This document shows positions 10,070 to 17,847 of a stretch of DNA of 64,000 bases, in pieces (the first letter of the stretch is position 1; each line of letters begins with the position of its first letter). The notes under the pieces are model-generated. The model did not search any database and was not told where the DNA came from. It saw only the letters and a list, made by a program, of their open reading frames with translations. The position numbers and the translations under genes are program-made. The stretch is from Alphaproteobacteria bacterium (GTDB taxonomy: Bacteria; Pseudomonadota; Alphaproteobacteria; RF32; CAG-239): contig JAFXPE010000032.1 of the NCBI GenBank assembly GCA_017528205.1, positions 145,986-209,985 of the forward strand, in the 5' to 3' direction.

Positions 10070-11038
10070 ATGCAAAACGAGAATAAATACACTTTTTTCA
10101 GCGTAATCGGCACATGGATAAATTTGTTGCCGCAAGTTATCAAACAATGGGGCGCAATTTTAACCTATGGTGTTGCGGTAACCGCACTCAGCGCGGCTTT
10201 CGGACGCTGGTCTTTTTCCTGCCAAGAAGGCAACACCGGCCCGTGGTGTTATGTTCCGAGCAACAATTTTGCGGTTATTGTCGCCTTTTTGCTGACATTC
10301 TTTATTTTGATGTGTTTGATTGTGGCGTTTTTTGTGTATGATTTTCAGCAAAACGTGAATCAGAACAGTGTATTTAAACTCCGAGATGCTTGCAGAATAT
10401 CGAAGTCGAAAATGAAATCGGCTCTATTTGTTTTGGGGGTTATCGCCGGTTTTATTGTTCCGGTGCTGATTGCCATGGCCATAATCAACAAGCCGGCCAA
10501 TCCGGATTATCGCATTGAATTTTGCTATTTTACCGTAATGTTTTTAATGTTTCTGGTGCCGCTGCTGCAAATTCGCCTTTCTGCCGGAATTGCTTATTTT
10601 TTGAACAAAGGTTATATTCCGGTGCGCAAAATTTTTAACATCACCGTCGGACGAAGCTTTATTCCGTTGTTGCTGTTTTTGCTTTTGGTGATTTTGATGT
10701 TGAGCGTGCATATGCGCTCTCTGGGATACTTTAATTATCTGACCTTCCGCTACGAAGGCTTTGCGGTGGTGTTGTTGACGGATTTTGCGGATAACGTGTT
10801 GAAATTAGCGTGTTTAGCCTTGTTTTTGCTCTTCTTTCAGGCACAATATCTGACCATGGAAAAAATGTTGCCGGCGGAAGATGATAAAATTGCGGAGCCG
10901 GAAATTGAAATGCCGGCAAACGACGATGAAGTTAAACCGGCGAAAAGTGCTAAAGCCGCGAGCAAAAAGAAAAACAAGCGCAAAGCGCAAAACGCGTCCT
11001 CGGGCTCCAAATCAAAAAAAGGAAAAAAAGATGAATAA
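10070..11038 (+). CDS. polytopic membrane protein with Lys-rich C-terminal tail (hypothetical)
   Basis: Multiple hydrophobic helices and a C-terminal KSAKAASKKKNKRKAQNASSGSKSKKGKKDE tail. The 3' end overlaps the start of the next gene by 8 nt. Confidence 0.5.
   Translation: MQNENKYTFFSVIGTWINLLPQVIKQWGAILTYGVAVTALSAAFGRWSFSCQEGNTGPWCYVPSNNFAVIVAFLLTFFILMCLIVAFFVYDFQQNVNQNSVFKLRDACRISKSKMKSALFVLGVIAGFIVPVLIAMAIINKPANPDYRIEFCYFTVMFLMFLVPLLQIRLSAGIAYFLNKGYIPVRKIFNITVGRSFIPLLLFLLLVILMLSVHMRSLGYFNYLTFRYEGFAVVLLTDFADNVLKLACLALFLLFFQAQYLTMEKMLPAEDDKIAEPEIEMPANDDEVKPAKSAKAASKKKNKRKAQNASSGSKSKKGKKDE
10363..10379 (+). repeat. oriented motif copy 8 (GAACAGTGTATTTAAAC) inside the membrane protein gene
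   Basis: Motif match. Confidence 0.5.
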
Positions 11039-11753
11039 GCTGAAACAATATATAGCGTTGTTTTTATTGGTGCCGACGATTGCCTACGCGGCGCCAGACA
11101 GCGGTGAGGCTTGGCAAGCCGTGGCCGAGCGGGATGCCCAAAAGCTGACAACCCTCATAAAAGAGGGCGCAAATCCGAATGAGCGCAACGAAAATGGCGA
11201 TACTCTGCTTTATTATGCCGTAAAACACAAAGCTCCGGTGGAAATTTTGCGCATTTTGATTGAAAGTGGTGCCGATGTAAACGCTCCGTCGTCAGAAAGC
11301 GGAATGACACCGCTGGTTTATATGACGATGACCGCCGACAGAACGCAACGGATAATTTTGCAAAAACTGTCGCGCTATTCCGGCGAAGAAAAACAAAATA
11401 TTGCCGCCGGACTGAAAGCAAAAGCCGCAAAAAATATGCGTTATGCCGCCAAAGTCATCAGATTTTTGGTTGAAAACGGGGCAAATGTCAATCAACAAAC
11501 TCCGTTTGGAACGGCGCTGATGAACGCCGCCAAAAATCCGTGGAACGCTGAAATTATAGAGTTTTTGCTTAAATCCGGTGCCGACATAAATATATGTGAC
11601 CGCAACGGACGCAGCGCTTTGTTTTATGCCGTGGTCTTTGCCGATAACGAAACGGTAATGCAACTTTTGGCCGCGGATGCCGATCCGGAAATAAAAGACA
11701 TAAACGGCAAAACTTATCTGGAAATAGAAAAAGAAGATATGCTCAAATCGTAA
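11031..11753 (+). CDS. secreted ankyrin-repeat protein
   Basis: Signal peptide MNKLKQYIALFLLVPTIAYA followed by ankyrin-like repeats (GDTLLYYAVKHKA..GADVNA; GRSALFYAVVFADNETVMQLLAADADPE). Start placed at ATG 11031 rather than the ORF-track 10881. Confidence 0.75.
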   Translation: MNKLKQYIALFLLVPTIAYAAPDSGEAWQAVAERDAQKLTTLIKEGANPNERNENGDTLLYYAVKHKAPVEILRILIESGADVNAPSSESGMTPLVYMTMTADRTQRIILQKLSRYSGEEKQNIAAGLKAKAAKNMRYAAKVIRFLVENGANVNQQTPFGTALMNAAKNPWNAEIIEFLLKSGADINICDRNGRSALFYAVVFADNETVMQLLAADADPEIKDINGKTYLEIEKEDMLKS

Positions 11754-11881
11754 ATTATCCACGATATGTAAAATTTTACAAAAATATGATGAAAAGTTTG
11801 TTTTTCTGATTTAGTATACTCTAAACGGTCGGCAAGGGAGAAATTGCTCGGATCGGAGTTTAATTTTAATAAAAGGAAGAT

Positions 11882-14404
11882 ATGATGTTTAGCAAAGCAA
11901 AAATTTGTAAAGTTGCTATGGCAGCTTTGACTATACTATTTTCTGCCGTAAGCGTCGCATCGGCTTCGGAATTGGATTTGGTCATTCCGAACTTGGGTAG
12001 CGCCACTTACAGCATTTTCGGTCACGAAAGCATATTTGGTCAGCCGATTACGGGTAATTTCTTGTTGTTATGCGGAATGGGCATTTGTTTGCTGGGTATG
12101 ATTTTCGGTTTGTGGGAATTTTTAAGCATTAAAAGAATGCCGGCCCACAAAGCAATGTTACAGGTTTCGGAAACAATTTACGCCACCTGCACCACTTATA
12201 TGAAACAACAGGCTAAGTTGTTGTTTGTGTTAGAGCTGTTTATCGGCGGTTGCATTGTTTATTATTTTGCCGGCTTAAACGGTACTCCGTTGCCGCAAGT
12301 GGCCTATATTTTATTGTGGTCGCTTTTGGGTATTCTCGGCTCGTTTACAGTGGCTTGGTTCGGTATGCGAATTAACACCTACGCCAATTCCCGCACTTCT
12401 TTTGCTTCGCTGAAAGGTAACGCTTATCCGGTTATGCACTTACCGCTTCGTTCCGGAATGTCCATCGGCGTATTGCTGATTTGCGTTGAATTGATTATGA
12501 TGATGTTTATTTTGGTGTTTGTTCCGCGTGAAACTGCCGGCGCTTGCTTTATCGGTTTTGCCATCGGTGAATCGCTCGGTGCTTCGGCTTTGCGTATTTG
12601 CGGCGGTATTTTCACCAAAATTGCCGACATCGGCGCCGATTTGATGAAGATTATTTTCAAAATTGACGAAGACGATGCCCGCAACCCGGGAGTTATTGCC
12701 GATTGTACCGGTGATAACGCCGGCGATTCCTGCGGTCCGACGGCTGACGGTTTTGAAACTTACGGCGTTACCGGTGTGGCTTTAATCAGCTTTATTGTTT
12801 TGGCCGCCGGTTACTATTTCACTTCGGAAGGCGCTTTGGCCGCGGATATTCACGCGCCGGAATTGCAAGCGCGCCTGATTACTTGGATTTTCGTGATGAG
12901 AATTTTGATGATTATAACTTCAATATTCTCTTATGCCATCAACGGCTTTTTCTCCAAGCTGATTTACGGCAAGTCCAAGGAATTTGATTTTGAAAAGCCG
13001 CTGACCAGCCTGATTTGGATTACCTCTTTGATATCCATTGCCGTTACTTTTGCCGCATCTTACTTTATGTTGCCGCAAGCGAATTTCGGCCCGAATATTT
13101 GGTGGGAAATGTCGGTAATCATCAGCTGCGGAACTTTGGCTGCGGCGATTATTCCGGAATTTACCAAAATATTTACTTCGTCAAAATCCAAACACGTTCA
13201 GGAAGTGGTTAACGCCAGCCGTGAAGCCGGTGCTTCTTTGAACATTTTATCCGGTATTGTTTCCGGTAACTTCTCCGGTTTTTGGCAGGGTTTGGTAATT
13301 GCCGGTTTGATGGGCTTGGCTTATGCTACCGCTTCCGGCCACTTGGCAGATTTGATTTACGGCCTGCTCGGTTACGGCATGTCGGGTGATACCCACATCG
13401 GCGCCATTATGATTTATCCGACGGTATTTGCCTTTGGTTTGGTGGCGTTCGGAATGCTCGGTATGGGGCCGGTTACCATTGCCGTTGACAGCTACGGTCC
13501 GGTTACGGATAACGCGCAGTCGGTGTTTGAACTTTCGCAAATTGAAAGCCTTAAAGGCATCAAAAAAGAAATCAAGAGCGACTACGGTTTTGAGCCGGAT
13601 TTCGAACACGGCAAACATTTGCTCGAGGCTAACGATTCGGCCGGAAATACCTTTAAGGCCACTTCTAAACCGGTGTTAATCGGTACGGCGGTAATCGGTG
13701 CAACCACGATGATTTTCTCGATTATATTGTTGTTGCATCTGGAATTGAACTTAATTGATGCTCGCGTGTTAATCGGTCTGATTTTGGGCGGTGCGGTCAT
13801 TTATTGGTTCTCCGGTGCGGCAATTCAAGCCGTTTCTACCGGTGCTTATCGTGCCGTAAACTACATTAAGGAACACATTAAACTGGATACCAAAAAGGCG
13901 GCATCGGTTGAAGATTCCAAGACGGTGGTTAAAATTTGCACTCAATATGCACAAAGAGGAATGTTCAATATCTTTATCACCATTTTCTCGTTTGCCATTG
14001 CCTTTGCCTTTTTCGGACCGGAATTGTTCGCCAGCTACCTGATTTCTATTGCCGTATTCGGCTTATATCAGGCTCTGTATATGGCAAATGCCGGCGGTGC
14101 GTGGGATAATGCCAAAAAGGTAGTAGAAGTTGATTTGGAAGAAAAGGGCACTCCGTTGCATGACGCATCGGTAGTCGGCGATACGGTCGGCGATCCGTAT
14201 AAAGATACGGCGTCGGTGGCCTTGAACCCGATTATCAAATTCACCACTTTGTTCGGCCTGTTGGCGGCAGAAATGTCGGCCAAAGTGTCCGAAAAGAACC
14301 CGAATTTGGCCTTTGGAATTGCCTGTGCATTCTTGGCTATCGGTTTGGTGTTTGTATGGCGTTCTTTCTACGCTATGCGCATTGAGGCTAAAAAAATGGA
14401 TTAG
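11882..14404 (+). CDS. hppA: membrane-bound proton-translocating pyrophosphatase (H+-PPase) with N-terminal extension
   Basis: GDTVGDPYKDTASVALNPIIKF and DNAGD..GD motifs of H+-PPases. 840 aa, with about 130 extra N-terminal residues including a signal-peptide-like segment. Confidence 0.9.
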   Translation: MMFSKAKICKVAMAALTILFSAVSVASASELDLVIPNLGSATYSIFGHESIFGQPITGNFLLLCGMGICLLGMIFGLWEFLSIKRMPAHKAMLQVSETIYATCTTYMKQQAKLLFVLELFIGGCIVYYFAGLNGTPLPQVAYILLWSLLGILGSFTVAWFGMRINTYANSRTSFASLKGNAYPVMHLPLRSGMSIGVLLICVELIMMMFILVFVPRETAGACFIGFAIGESLGASALRICGGIFTKIADIGADLMKIIFKIDEDDARNPGVIADCTGDNAGDSCGPTADGFETYGVTGVALISFIVLAAGYYFTSEGALAADIHAPELQARLITWIFVMRILMIITSIFSYAINGFFSKLIYGKSKEFDFEKPLTSLIWITSLISIAVTFAASYFMLPQANFGPNIWWEMSVIISCGTLAAAIIPEFTKIFTSSKSKHVQEVVNASREAGASLNILSGIVSGNFSGFWQGLVIAGLMGLAYATASGHLADLIYGLLGYGMSGDTHIGAIMIYPTVFAFGLVAFGMLGMGPVTIAVDSYGPVTDNAQSVFELSQIESLKGIKKEIKSDYGFEPDFEHGKHLLEANDSAGNTFKATSKPVLIGTAVIGATTMIFSIILLLHLELNLIDARVLIGLILGGAVIYWFSGAAIQAVSTGAYRAVNYIKEHIKLDTKKAASVEDSKTVVKICTQYAQRGMFNIFITIFSFAIAFAFFGPELFASYLISIAVFGLYQALYMANAGGAWDNAKKVVEVDLEEKGTPLHDASVVGDTVGDPYKDTASVALNPIIKFTTLFGLLAAEMSAKVSEKNPNLAFGIACAFLAIGLVFVWRSFYAMRIEAKKMD

Positions 14405-14432
14405 TTATTGACTAATCGACTTTAGTTTGCTA

Positions 14433-14468
14433 GAACGGCGGCATTGTTAAAATGTCGTCGTTCTTTTT
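14433..14468 (+). terminator. intrinsic terminator downstream of hppA
   Basis: Hairpin GAACGGCGGCATTG..TGTCGTCGTTC followed by TTTTT. Confidence 0.7.
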
Positions 14469-14484
14469 GTTAAAGGAGTTTGTC

Positions 14485-15114
14485 ATGCTTAATTCCGTGC
14501 TTGAATTTATAAAAACTTTTAATATAACGCAATTTACCGGTGCATTTATCGTTTTGTTCGCCATTATCGACATTATCGGTACCTTGCCGATAGTGATGAA
14601 TTTGCAACGCAACGGCCGTATTGTCAGCGCGTCGCGCGCCAGCATCATTTCGCTGATATTGTTTGTCGGCTTTATGTATATGGGAGAGGCGTTTTTAGGG
14701 TTGTTCAGCTTGGATATTTCTTCCTTTGCGGTGGCCGGTTCGATTATCATTTTCATTATTGCCATGGAAATGGTGCTGGATTTGGAAATTTTCCGCTCCA
14801 ACAGCAGTACCGGCAACGATGCCACATTCACGCCGGTGGTATTTCCGCTGATAGCCGGTGCCGGTTCGTTTACCACTTTGCTGTCCATTCGTTCGCAATA
14901 TTCCGATTTCAACATTTTATTGGCGGTTTTGGCCAATGTGCTCATTGTTTATTTTGCGCTCAAATCTTCTAAAAAGCTCGAAAAAATATTGTCACCGGGA
15001 ATTATTTGCATTTTCCAAAAGGCTTTCGGCATTATATTGCTTTCTATTTCGGTAAAACTGTTTACTTCCAACCTGACCATGATTGTAGAAAACATTTCCA
15101 AATGTGCTGAATAA
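14485..15114 (+). CDS. MarC-family integral membrane protein
   Basis: About 210 aa multi-pass membrane protein with MarC/UPF0056-like organisation. Start at ATG 14485 after an AAGGAG SD. Confidence 0.65.
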   Translation: MLNSVLEFIKTFNITQFTGAFIVLFAIIDIIGTLPIVMNLQRNGRIVSASRASIISLILFVGFMYMGEAFLGLFSLDISSFAVAGSIIIFIIAMEMVLDLEIFRSNSSTGNDATFTPVVFPLIAGAGSFTTLLSIRSQYSDFNILLAVLANVLIVYFALKSSKKLEKILSPGIICIFQKAFGIILLSISVKLFTSNLTMIVENISKCAE

Positions 15115-15123
15115 CATTTTTGC

Positions 15124-15151
15124 TTGCAATTTAGCGTTGATACGCTAATAT
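15124..15151 (+). promoter_or_regulatory. sigma70-like promoter (TTGCAA-N16-TAATAT) of leader RNA copy 1
   Basis: -35/-10-like hexamers conserved in identical arrangement upstream of copy 2 at 58202..58229. Confidence 0.55.
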
Positions 15152-15155
15152 AAGT

Positions 15156-15308
15156 CCGTCGGCGAGAGGTCGTCGGCGGAGTGTAACGGCTCCTTATACT
15201 GTATTGACTCCTCTGCAATGGGGAGCCGGTTGAATATATTGAATAAACCGGACTGCTAGTATAACAGTCGTTAACTCCCCACCTTAAAGGAATTTAGGGT
15301 GGTTTTTT
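15156..15308 (+). ncRNA. structured leader/sRNA element copy 1 (unclassified), ending in an intrinsic terminator
   Basis: Conserved blocks shared with copy 2 (GAGAGGTCGT, GGGGAGCCGGTTGAATATA, ACCGGACTG, AACTCCCCACCTT.AAGGAATTT.GGGTGGTTTTT). The 5' hairpin 15156..15179 has compensatory changes between the copies. Terminator hairpin 15279..15302 plus T-run. Confidence 0.5.
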
Positions 15309-15340
15309 GTTGTGATATTAACAAAAGAGGAGTTACGAAA

Positions 15341-15568
15341 ATGAGAATAAAGAGTTGTTGTATGGATAAACAAACCATACAAGAAATCGGTCATCAACTA
15401 TGGCAAATGCGTCAAGAACGCAGAATGTATCTGCATACGGTATCTTTTCAAACCCGAATTCCCGAAAGAGTAATAGAAGGTATGGAAATCGGTAAGTTTA
15501 TTAAATATGCACCATTACGCTGTTTAATAGCGTTCTACGGTAAAAAGATGCGGATTGTTTTTGAATAA
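15341..15568 (+). CDS. small XRE-family helix-turn-helix protein (paralog 1)
   Basis: 76 aa; IGHQLWQMRQERRMYLHTVSFQTRIPERVIEGMEIG HTH core. Paralog of 58417..58644. Start 15341 preceded by an AGAGGAG SD; the ORF-track start 15299 lies inside the terminator. Confidence 0.7.
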   Translation: MRIKSCCMDKQTIQEIGHQLWQMRQERRMYLHTVSFQTRIPERVIEGMEIGKFIKYAPLRCLIAFYGKKMRIVFE

Positions 15569-15572
15569 AAGA

Positions 15573-15600
15573 AAAGCCTCGCTTATCGGCGGGGCTTTTA
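15573..15600. terminator. bidirectional intrinsic terminator between the HTH gene (+) and the coupling-ATPase operon (-)
   Basis: Hairpin AGCCTCGC-ttatcg-GCGGGGCT flanked by an A-run and a T-run. Confidence 0.65.
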
Positions 15601-15618
15601 TCGTTAATAAGGCACTTT

Positions 15619-17832
15619 TTAGCTCAAAGGAGCGTCCATTTCAAATCCGGCGCTGTCATCCTCTTCGGCGTTGTATTCAATGCCCAATTTGGCCAGCATA
15701 TCGTCATTAATATCTTCACGCTGTGCCACAATCCAATCCGGAACATTCGGGCAAGCAGGCAACTTCGCCAATTTGCTCATTCTTTTATCCAAATACCAAC
15801 GCGGAGAGTCGGCAATAATCGGGCGGTCGATATGGCTTTGCATCAACACCACTTGCTTTAACATCGGCAAACTCAACAGCTGTGTCGAGCTGATAACCGG
15901 AATGCCTTGCAACTGATAGTTAACGTTTTTCGCCAGCGGGTTAAAGTCTTTACCCAAGCTACCCTCTGTTCGTGAAAATGACGAAATACGCACGGTTTTG
16001 TTACCAATCATCTTAGAGAAACGTTGTGCCGTAACTTCGTTGTTTTGCGAAAGAATAACTTTGCAGGCGGTGGTAGAAATCACCGTTTCCAAATCATCTT
16101 TTCCGTATTTGCCGGAGATTTGGCCCAAGTCTTGTCCGATTAGCAAATAAGACACTTTTTGACCACGACCTACGGCCGGTCCGTCGATAATAGCTTTCAT
16201 CTTAGGCATTTGCGGAAACTCGTCGAGCACGAACAACGCAGGGAAAGGTCCCATTTTGCCGTCGGTACGGTTAACGTGATTCGGCGGATTGGAAATCAAA
16301 TAAGACGACATCAACTCAATAAAGGTAGAGCTGATAACGCCCAACGCACGCGCATCAACCTGGTTAACCGACAGATATACGGAAATCGGCTTCCATTCTC
16401 CGGTAACCGGATCTTTCATACCGCGCAAATCCTTAAACAACAAATCCGAAAAACTTGTCCGCGCTTTAACCGCTTGGTTCTTGAATACGTTAATGCCGGC
16501 AAATGCAGTAGAAAGAATGGAACCGCGCTCTTTATCCGGAGTGTTGCTCAAGGTGCTCAATTCCGTAATGCAACGCTGAGCATAACCATAATTACGGGCT
16601 TCCTTAATTGCTTCTTCAAGCATATCTTTAGTCGGGTCGGCCATGGCCGCCATCTGATCGCCTTCGTCCAAACGACGTTGAATTTCGTGAGCGGCGTTGA
16701 TTTGCGCCTCCGTAATCCATTCCATAATCATGGCAATGCAAGCCTCACGTCCCATCCAACGCGATGGCAGCAAATTCCACGTTCCGATAGGTAGATAATT
16801 TTCCATGGTCAGTGTGCCGTTTTTCAAATTTTGTAAAGCACGTTGAACTCCCGGATCACGCATATCCATATAATAACCTTCGAGAACTTCCTTATCTTTT
16901 TCATCAAGCTTGCCTTCATAAATGCGGCCGATAAAATAATCGTTGGCACGGGCACGCTCACATTTGGAAACCACAAATTGAATAAATCCGGTTAAGGCTG
17001 CACGACCGGTTTGTGACCAGTGCGGATCGGCGCCGCCTTTCGGATCTTCAACCAAAATGTTACACATGGAATCCACATACATATCGCGGTCCGGACCTTG
17101 TTCCGGAATACAGCTCGGCGACAGCGGGTTCCAACTCGGATAATAAATGCCTTCACTCGGATTATCTTCTGCACCCCAGTTAATGATAAACACCGGCCCC
17201 ACTTTGGCGCGAGCACCCGAAGTGTTATAACAAAGCTCCGGTTTCGGGTCGTTAATCACCAAACTGAGCTTGTCGGAATTGAAAATCGTCGGAATCACCA
17301 CGCCGGCGGTTTTACCGGTACCAGGAGGTGCGCAGCACAGCGTGGCCAAGGTTTCTTTTAACATTAAAAATTTGCCGTCAAACTTGCCGACAACCTGGCA
17401 GAAACCGTCAAAACCCAACAGCGACATTTTCTTAATGTCGCGCAAATCGGCAATTTTGGCCTGACCTTGATAGTTAACCTGAAACTTATACGGACTGAAA
17501 ATGGCGCTGACAATCAAACCGAGCGGAATGGTAATAAACGGCAACAGCGGAATCCACAAACTGAGCGAAAACCCGCCTTGGTGATTCCACAGCTGATGTC
17601 CCCATTTTCCATACATGGTAAACAAGTGATTAGGATCTCTGGCAATAAGCGCCAAAAACTTCTGAATGACATCGGTTGAGGACTTAGAAACGCCGTGTCC
17701 CACCAAATAAGAAAGCGGTAGGGCGAAAATAAATAAAATTATGCTTAACACAAGGCAAATCAAGAAAGTTACCGTCATCCACCTGACGGCTTTGTCATAT
17801 TCTTTCCATTCTTCACCGCGATCGTTTGCCAT
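15619..17832 (-). CDS. type IV secretion/conjugation coupling ATPase, VirD4/TraG/DotL family
   Basis: Two N-terminal TM helices, Walker A LCCAPPGTGKTAGVVIPT, Walker B ALFVLDEFPQMP, conserved IGQDLGQI..GK region, acidic C-terminal tail; 737 aa. Confidence 0.8.
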   Translation of the reverse strand: MANDRGEEWKEYDKAVRWMTVTFLICLVLSIILFIFALPLSYLVGHGVSKSSTDVIQKFLALIARDPNHLFTMYGKWGHQLWNHQGGFSLSLWIPLLPFITIPLGLIVSAIFSPYKFQVNYQGQAKIADLRDIKKMSLLGFDGFCQVVGKFDGKFLMLKETLATLCCAPPGTGKTAGVVIPTIFNSDKLSLVINDPKPELCYNTSGARAKVGPVFIINWGAEDNPSEGIYYPSWNPLSPSCIPEQGPDRDMYVDSMCNILVEDPKGGADPHWSQTGRAALTGFIQFVVSKCERARANDYFIGRIYEGKLDEKDKEVLEGYYMDMRDPGVQRALQNLKNGTLTMENYLPIGTWNLLPSRWMGREACIAMIMEWITEAQINAAHEIQRRLDEGDQMAAMADPTKDMLEEAIKEARNYGYAQRCITELSTLSNTPDKERGSILSTAFAGINVFKNQAVKARTSFSDLLFKDLRGMKDPVTGEWKPISVYLSVNQVDARALGVISSTFIELMSSYLISNPPNHVNRTDGKMGPFPALFVLDEFPQMPKMKAIIDGPAVGRGQKVSYLLIGQDLGQISGKYGKDDLETVISTTACKVILSQNNEVTAQRFSKMIGNKTVRISSFSRTEGSLGKDFNPLAKNVNYQLQGIPVISSTQLLSLPMLKQVVLMQSHIDRPIIADSPRWYLDKRMSKLAKLPACPNVPDWIVAQREDINDDMLAKLGIEYNAEEDDSAGFEMDAPLS

Positions 17833-17847
17833 TTTTTCCTCTGTTTA

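Noticed and set aside
10881-11030. Long upstream extension of the ankyrin ORF
   Set aside because: It overlaps the supported membrane-protein frame.

ATG 11031 gives a canonical signal peptide directly at the N-terminus.
11755-11763. DnaA-box-like TTATCCACG
   Set aside because: Single near-consensus nonamer with no cluster of boxes or AT-rich DUE nearby; insufficient to call oriC.
15156-15308. Possibility that the structured RNA is tmRNA, 6S RNA, SRP RNA or RNase P RNA
   Set aside because: Two diverged copies each sit immediately upstream of a paralogous gene with an SD.

There is no tag-peptide reading frame with a resume codon.

Length and conserved blocks do not match those families as I recall them.

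The best fit is a cis-leader or novel sRNA; an Rfam scan is needed to be sure.
15299-15340. ORF-track start 15299 for the HTH protein
   Set aside because: That start lies inside the terminator hairpin and T-run.

The paralog alignment and SD position support ATG 15341.
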